This document shows, piece after piece, positions 8,256 to 13,036 of a stretch of DNA of 13,036 nucleotides. Position numbers and translations under genes: made by a program. The stretch spans positions 1 through 13,036 of the forward strand of contig JBHIBG010000076.1 of NCBI GenBank assembly GCA_046758965.1, in the 5' to 3' direction. Each line of letters starts with the position of its first letter. The stretch's first letter is position 1. Source of the DNA: Candidatus Methylomirabilia bacterium. GTDB taxonomy: Bacteria > Methylomirabilota > Methylomirabilia > Rokubacteriales > CSP1-6. Below the pieces are notes generated by a model. It was not told the DNA's origin. It worked only from the letters and a program-made list of their open reading frames with translations, and did not search any database.

Positions 8256-8472
8256 CACGCCCGTGTCGCTCTGCGGCCTTGATCGTACGGAAGAGCTCCC
8301 TGAACCCTGAGGCGATGCCAATGCCCAGCCCGAGGAGGGTCAGCCACGGCGAGCTCCCGAGCCAGCGATCGAGGAAGTAGCCCAGAAGCGCTCCTCCCGC
8401 CGTGGCCACCACGAAGGTGATTCCCCCACTGGCTAAGAGTCCGAGAGGGCGCCAGGGGGAAGGCTCCTCCAT
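8245..8472 (-). CDS. AtpZ/AtpI-family small membrane protein (ATPase gene 1)
   Basis: 75 aa from MEEPSPWR with the family signature GALLGYFLDRWLGSSPWLTLLGLGIGIASGF. First gene of the Fo cluster. Confidence 0.88.
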   Translation of the reverse strand: MEEPSPWRPLGLLASGGITFVVATAGGALLGYFLDRWLGSSPWLTLLGLGIGIASGFRELFRTIKAAERHGRDDA

Positions 8473-8494
8473 GTGAACAAAAACACTATCACAA
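8471..8494. promoter_or_regulatory. Rex-operator-like inverted half-sites over the atp -10 and start codon
   Basis: Minus strand reads TTGTGAT-N10-TTCACAT. The 18-mer 8471-8488 (ATGTGAA-caaa-AACACTA) matches TTGTGAA-N4-TTCACAA at 10/14 positions. Confidence 0.4.
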
Positions 8495-8511
8495 CGGGCC
8501 CGGAAACTCAA
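8483..8511 (-). promoter_or_regulatory. Putative sigma70 promoter of the atpZ-I-B-E-rex unit
   Basis: -35 TTGAGT (8506-8511), 17-nt spacer ending TGa (extended -10), -10 TAGTGT (8483-8488). Lies in an AT-rich island within GC-rich DNA. Confidence 0.62.
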
Positions 8512-8554
8512 AGGGTGGCAGCCGCGGACAGACCCCTGAAGCGCGACAGAGCCC

Positions 8555-10006
8555 TCACCGGACCAATGGGGCCACCGTGGCCTGGGCGAGGTCGAACAGC
8601 GGAGCCGGCATGAGCCCCAGCTGAAACACGGCCCACAGCGCAATGCCGAGGGCCAGCCCGCCAGCAAGAGACGGGGCATAGGCCGTCGGAACCGCCTCGG
8701 GCTCCCGCATATACATATAGACGATAAGGCGCAGGTAGTAGTACGCCGCGACCGCGGAGTTCAGCACGGCCAACACGGCCAACCAGATATAGCCGGCCCG
8801 GATGGCGGCGCCGAAGAGATAGAACTTCCCGACGAACCCCGCGGTAGGAGGAATGCCGACCAGGGAGAGCAGGAAGAGCGAGAGGACCAGAGCCAGGATC
8901 GGATGGCGCGTCGCGAGACCGGAGTAGTCGGAGAGATTCACCGCCTCTCTCCGCCCTCGTTCCAGGAGAAGGATCACGCCAAAGGCCCCCACGGTGGTGA
9001 AGGTGTAGACCAGGAGGTAGAAGAGGACCGCCCCGTGTCCCAGCGCGCCCCCCGCAACCACGCCCACGAGCGCGTAGCCCACGTGGGCCACCGAGGAGTA
9101 GGCGAGCATCCGCTTCAGGTTGGACTGGGCGATCGCCACCACGTTGCCGACCGTCATCGTGAGGACGGCCACCACCCAGAGCAGGGCCGCCCACTGCTCC
9201 TGGGCGGGCTGGAGCCCCAGCAGCAGCACCCTGAGCAGGGCTGCGAACGCGGCAGCCTTGGAGCCCGTGGCGATCAGCGCCGCGACGGAGGTGGGTGCCC
9301 CCTCATAGACGTCGGGGGCCCACATGTGGAACGGTACCGAGGCGATCTTGAAGCTGAACCCCACGAGCAGGAAGCCGACGCCGGCCGCCATGAGAGGATC
9401 GCCGAGAACGCCGCCGGAGGCGAGAGCCATCTGCGATACGCTGGTCGTCCCCGTGGCGCCGTAGATGAGGGCGATGCCGTACAGGAGGAACCCGGAGGCG
9501 AAGGCGCCCAGGAGGAAATACTTCATGGAGGACTCGCCCGAGGTGAGCCGACCGCTGAAGAACCCCGCCAGCACGTACAGGGAGAGAGACATGAGCTCGA
9601 GAGCGAGAAAGATCACGATCAGATCGCCGGCGGAGGCCATGAGCATCATCCCTGTCGCCGAGAAGCAGATCAAGGCGTAATACTCACCGGCCTCGATTCC
9701 GTTCCGCCTGGTGTAGTCCATGGAGAGCAGGAGGACCAGCCCCGTGGCGTAGGCGATCACCACGTCGAAGAAGAGGGCGTAGTCATCCAGCACCACCATG
9801 CCGCGGAACGCCTGGCCCCCGTGCCCCCACTGCAGCACGACCAGCACCAGGGCCCCCAGCACCCCTCCCAACGCCACCACCCCCAGGTGCCCTTTCCGAT
9901 CCCTCGGGGGGAGCAGGTCCAGCAGGAGGAGCACCACCGTGGTGGCGGTGAGCATCAGGGCAGGCGCGAGGGGGCCGAGGGCGATCGGCGGAGCAGCGGC
10001 GGGCAT
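8555..10006 (-). CDS. nuoN: NADH-quinone oxidoreductase subunit N
   Basis: GEYYAL, FLALELMSLSLYVL, ESSMKYFLLG, FKIASVPFHMWAPDVYEGAP, KRMLAYSSVAHVGY and GIPPTAGFVGKF. TGATG overlap with the nuoM stop. Confidence 0.97.
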   Translation of the reverse strand: MPAAAPPIALGPLAPALMLTATTVVLLLLDLLPPRDRKGHLGVVALGGVLGALVLVVLQWGHGGQAFRGMVVLDDYALFFDVVIAYATGLVLLLSMDYTRRNGIEAGEYYALICFSATGMMLMASAGDLIVIFLALELMSLSLYVLAGFFSGRLTSGESSMKYFLLGAFASGFLLYGIALIYGATGTTSVSQMALASGGVLGDPLMAAGVGFLLVGFSFKIASVPFHMWAPDVYEGAPTSVAALIATGSKAAAFAALLRVLLLGLQPAQEQWAALLWVVAVLTMTVGNVVAIAQSNLKRMLAYSSVAHVGYALVGVVAGGALGHGAVLFYLLVYTFTTVGAFGVILLLERGRREAVNLSDYSGLATRHPILALVLSLFLLSLVGIPPTAGFVGKFYLFGAAIRAGYIWLAVLAVLNSAVAAYYYLRLIVYMYMREPEAVPTAYAPSLAGGLALGIALWAVFQLGLMPAPLFDLAQATVAPLVR

Positions 10007-11517
10007 CAGCGGCCGAGGGCAGCCTGGCCAGCCGCCACTTTCTCCTGCACCTGGCTGATGAGCGCTTCGACGCTAGCCTCGGTGGGTCGAGTAAAGGTCC
10101 CGGGATAGACCCCGATCCAGACGATGAAGAGCAGGACCGGAAGGAGGACCGCCCACTCCCGGGGGGAGAGGTCCTTCAGGGCGCGGTTTTCGTCCTTCTG
10201 CACCTCGCCGAAGAACGCTCGCCGGTACATCCAGAGCAGATAGACCGCCGCGAAGATGACTCCGGTGGTCGCCAGCGCGGCGACCCAGCGGGTCTCCTGG
10301 AAGGCGCCTACCAGGATCAGGAACTCGCCGACGAAGCCGTTCAGCCCGGGCAGCCCCAGCGAGGAGAGCACGACGAGGAGAAAGACTGCCGAGAACGCCG
10401 GGACGACCTGCCAGAGCCCCCCCAACTCATCGATCAGTCGGGTGTGACGCCGCTCGTAGATCATCCCCACCAGGAGAAAGAGCGCACCGGTGGAGAGGCC
10501 GTGATTCACCATCTGGATGATCCCGCCCACGAGCCCCTGCGGGTTGAGCGTAAACAGGCCCAGCATCACGAAGCCGAGGTGACTCACGCTGGAGTAGGCC
10601 ACCAGCTTCTTGAGATCCGGCTGGACCGTGGAGACCCAGGCCCCGTAGATGATCCCGACCAGCGCCAGGGCAAAGATCCAGGGGGCGAAGGCCAGGCTCG
10701 CCTGGGGGAAGAGCGGGAGACAGAAGCGGAGGAACCCGTACGTCCCCATCTTGAGCAGGACTCCGGCCAGGATCACGCTCCCGGCGGTGGGAGCTTCCAC
10801 GTGGGCGTCGGGAAGCCAGGTGTGGAACGGGAACATGGGGACCTTGATGGCGAAGGCCAGCCCGAAGGCCAGGAAGAGCCAGGTCTGAACCCCGGCCGGC
10901 ACCAGATACCGGGCCAGGACCGGTAGCTCGAAGGTGTAGACCCCTGTGGCCAGCCCGTGGTCGAAGTAGAGAGCCAGGATACCCACGAGCATCACGAGCG
11001 AGCCGAACATCGTGTAGAGGACGAACTTGATGGCGGCGTAGATTCGATTCTCCGCGCCCCAGACTCCGATGATGAAGTACATGGGGATCAGCGTGGCCTC
11101 CCAGAAGATGTAGAAGAGGAAGAGGTCCAGGCTGACGAACACCCCAACCATCCCCGTCTCCAAGAGCAGCATGCTGACGGCAAACTCCTTCTGCCGGTGC
11201 TCGATGGCTGTCCACGCGGAGAGGAGCGCCAAGGGGGTCAGGAACGTGGTCAGGAGTACGAGGAGCAGGCTGATCCCGTCGATCCCCAGGTGATACGCGA
11301 TCCCGAAGCTTGGCATCCACTCAAGACGCTCCACGAACTGGTAGCCGGGCTGGGCGGAGTCGAAGCCGAAATAGAGCCCGAGCGATATGAGCAAGGTGGC
11401 GGTAGACACGAGGAACGCACTCCAGCGGATGAGCGCCTCCCTGGGGCGAGGCAGGAAGAGAACGCCGAGCGCTCCGAGTGTCGGCAGAAAGACCACCGGA
11501 GAGAGCATCGGCAGCAC
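10006..11517 (-). CDS. nuoM: NADH-quinone oxidoreductase subunit M
   Basis: LGIDGIS, FYIFWEATLIPMY, AIKVPMFPFHTWLPDAHVEAPTAGS, LLKMGTYG, KKLVAYSSVSHLG and GLPGLNGFVGEF. GTG start has GAGGT 6 nt upstream. ATG 11508 is an alternative start. Confidence 0.98.
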   Translation of the reverse strand: MLPMLSPVVFLPTLGALGVLFLPRPREALIRWSAFLVSTATLLISLGLYFGFDSAQPGYQFVERLEWMPSFGIAYHLGIDGISLLLVLLTTFLTPLALLSAWTAIEHRQKEFAVSMLLLETGMVGVFVSLDLFLFYIFWEATLIPMYFIIGVWGAENRIYAAIKFVLYTMFGSLVMLVGILALYFDHGLATGVYTFELPVLARYLVPAGVQTWLFLAFGLAFAIKVPMFPFHTWLPDAHVEAPTAGSVILAGVLLKMGTYGFLRFCLPLFPQASLAFAPWIFALALVGIIYGAWVSTVQPDLKKLVAYSSVSHLGFVMLGLFTLNPQGLVGGIIQMVNHGLSTGALFLLVGMIYERRHTRLIDELGGLWQVVPAFSAVFLLVVLSSLGLPGLNGFVGEFLILVGAFQETRWVAALATTGVIFAAVYLLWMYRRAFFGEVQKDENRALKDLSPREWAVLLPVLLFIVWIGVYPGTFTRPTEASVEALISQVQEKVAAGQAALGR

Positions 11518-11521
11518 AGAA

Positions 11522-13036
11522 CTACCTCGTCAGGAGAAAGCCGATGATGGCAATGGCGCCCAAGAGCATGGTCAGCGCGTAGTTCATCACGTAGCCGGTC
11601 TGCACGCGCCGCATCCCCTCGGCCCAGCCCGTCACCGCCCGGCCGATCCCATTGACCACCCCGTCGATGAATCCCAGATCGAAGGCGCGTGCGCAGAAGC
11701 TCGCCGCCCAGAGGATCGGCCGCACCACGGAGATCTCGTAGAGCTCGTCCACGTACCACTTACGGAGGAGCCAGGCATGGAGCCTCGTCCGAGGCTGGCC
11801 GATGCTCTCGGCTCGCACCGGCCGCCTGCCGTAAACGAGCCACGCCAGGAGCACGCCGGCGACTGCCACGATCCCAGCCAGGACTTGGAGGGCCAAGGTA
11901 GAGAGCGCGGCGCCGGCCGCTTCGCCGTGGAGCGGGAAGACCGGAGCCAGGAACCGCCCGAAGACCGGTCCGTGGGCAGTCGGGATGACGAACGCCACGC
12001 CGGTCACGAGCGTGAGCACGGCCAGCGCGCCCAGCGGAACCGTCATCACCGGGGGTGACTCGTGGATACGGGCCGCCTCGCGAGAGAAGCGTGGGGCACC
12101 GAAGAACGTTAGGAACACCACCCGGAAGGTGTAAACGGCGGTGATGAAGGCGCCGAACAACAGGAGGGCCCAGAGCCAGAGATGCCCGCCGTGATACGCG
12201 GCAACAAGGATCTCATCCTTGGAGAAGAACCCCGCAAGCGGTGGGATGCCCGCGAGGCCAGCGGCCCCGACGAGGAAGGTCACCGTGGTGGGGACCAGCC
12301 GCGGCGCCAGCCCTCCCATCCTGCCGAGGTTCTGCTCGCCCCCGAGCGCGTGAATGACGCTCCCAGCCCCCAGGAAGAGCAACGCCTTGAAAAACGCGTG
12401 GGTCACCAGGTGGAAGATCCCCGCGACGTAGGCGCCGACCCCAACTGCCACGAACATGTAGCCGAGCTGGCTGATCGTAGAGTAGGCGAGCACCCGTTTG
12501 ATGTCGGTCTGGACGAGACCAATGGAGGCCGCGAACAGCGCCGTGAGCCCGCCCACCCACGCCACGACGGAAAGCGCCACCCCTGAGGCCTCGAAGAGCG
12601 CATGGGTCCGCGCCACCATGTAGACCCCGGCCGTCACCATCGTGGCAGCGTGGATCAGGGCGGAGACCGGAGTGGGTCCCTCCATGGCGTCCGGAAGCCA
12701 GGTGTGGAGGGGGAGCTGGGCAGACTTCCCGCACGCCCCCATGAAGAGAAGCAGTGAGATCAGGGTGGCGGTGGACGGCGAGAGGCCCCCAGCGTTGGCG
12801 AAGACCTCGCCGTAGTCGAGCGTTCCCATCGTGACCCAGAGGAGCATGATCCCGAGACCGAACCCGAAGTCGCCCACCCGGTTGACGATGAAGGCTTTCA
12901 TCCCCGCCTCCGCCGCCGCCTTCCGCTGGTACCAGAACCCGATCAGGAGGTAGGAGCAGAGCCCGACCGCCTCCCAGAAGACGTAGAGGACGAGAAAGTT
13001 CCCCGCCAGCACCAGCATCACCATGGAGAAGACGAA
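11522..13036 (-). CDS. nuoL: NADH-quinone oxidoreductase subunit L (N-terminus outside window)
   Basis: FWEAVGLCSYLLIGFW, KAFIVNRVGDFG, GKSAQLPLHTWLPDAMEGPTPVSALIHAATMV, THAFFKALLF and C-terminal QTGYVMNY. The frame stays open to the window edge (FVFSMVML). Confidence 0.98.
   Translation of the reverse strand, partial: FVFSMVMLVLAGNFLVLYVFWEAVGLCSYLLIGFWYQRKAAAEAGMKAFIVNRVGDFGFGLGIMLLWVTMGTLDYGEVFANAGGLSPSTATLISLLLFMGACGKSAQLPLHTWLPDAMEGPTPVSALIHAATMVTAGVYMVARTHALFEASGVALSVVAWVGGLTALFAASIGLVQTDIKRVLAYSTISQLGYMFVAVGVGAYVAGIFHLVTHAFFKALLFLGAGSVIHALGGEQNLGRMGGLAPRLVPTTVTFLVGAAGLAGIPPLAGFFSKDEILVAAYHGGHLWLWALLLFGAFITAVYTFRVVFLTFFGAPRFSREAARIHESPPVMTVPLGALAVLTLVTGVAFVIPTAHGPVFGRFLAPVFPLHGEAAGAALSTLALQVLAGIVAVAGVLLAWLVYGRRPVRAESIGQPRTRLHAWLLRKWYVDELYEISVVRPILWAASFCARAFDLGFIDGVVNGIGRAVTGWAEGMRRVQTGYVMNYALTMLLGAIAIIGFLLTR

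Noticed and set aside
8903..10108. 401-aa plus-strand ORF, and similar ones at 4150-5028, 1691-2428, 7135-7911 and 11387-12058
   Set aside because: Antisense shadows of well-supported genes, expected from high-GC codon bias, with no recognisable motifs.
1..13036. CRISPR arrays, transposases, prophage or defence genes
   Set aside because: None seen. Coding space is filled by housekeeping genes and no regularly spaced repeats are present.

Overview
High-GC bacterial core-genome window with all genes on the minus strand. In transcription order: nuoL (5'-truncated by the window edge), nuoM, nuoN, atpZ-like, atpI, atpB, atpE, rex, a 223-bp spacer, mfd, a SurA/PrsA-type parvulin PPIase, and rho. 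The Fo cluster lacks atpF and the F1 genes and ends in the NADH sensor rex, a layout known from Desulfovibrio-like Deltaproteobacteria. A Methylomirabilota/Rokubacteria- or Desulfobacterota-like host is only my inference. I saw no mobile element, CRISPR array or defence gene. The main unexplained signal is the rex-mfd spacer (about 5844-6069), which is almost entirely one imperfect inverted repeat. It forms a ~215-nt rod with a near-symmetric 16/17-nt central bubble, the architecture of a 6S-like ncRNA, but in an unusual locus. Secondary signals are a near-leaderless atp promoter overlapped by Rex-like half-sites, a signal-peptide-bearing c subunit with a partial Na+ motif, an unusual His/Lys pair in subunit a, and a lipobox on the SurA-like chaperone. 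All pairing and motif counts were done by eye; no folding or database search was run.
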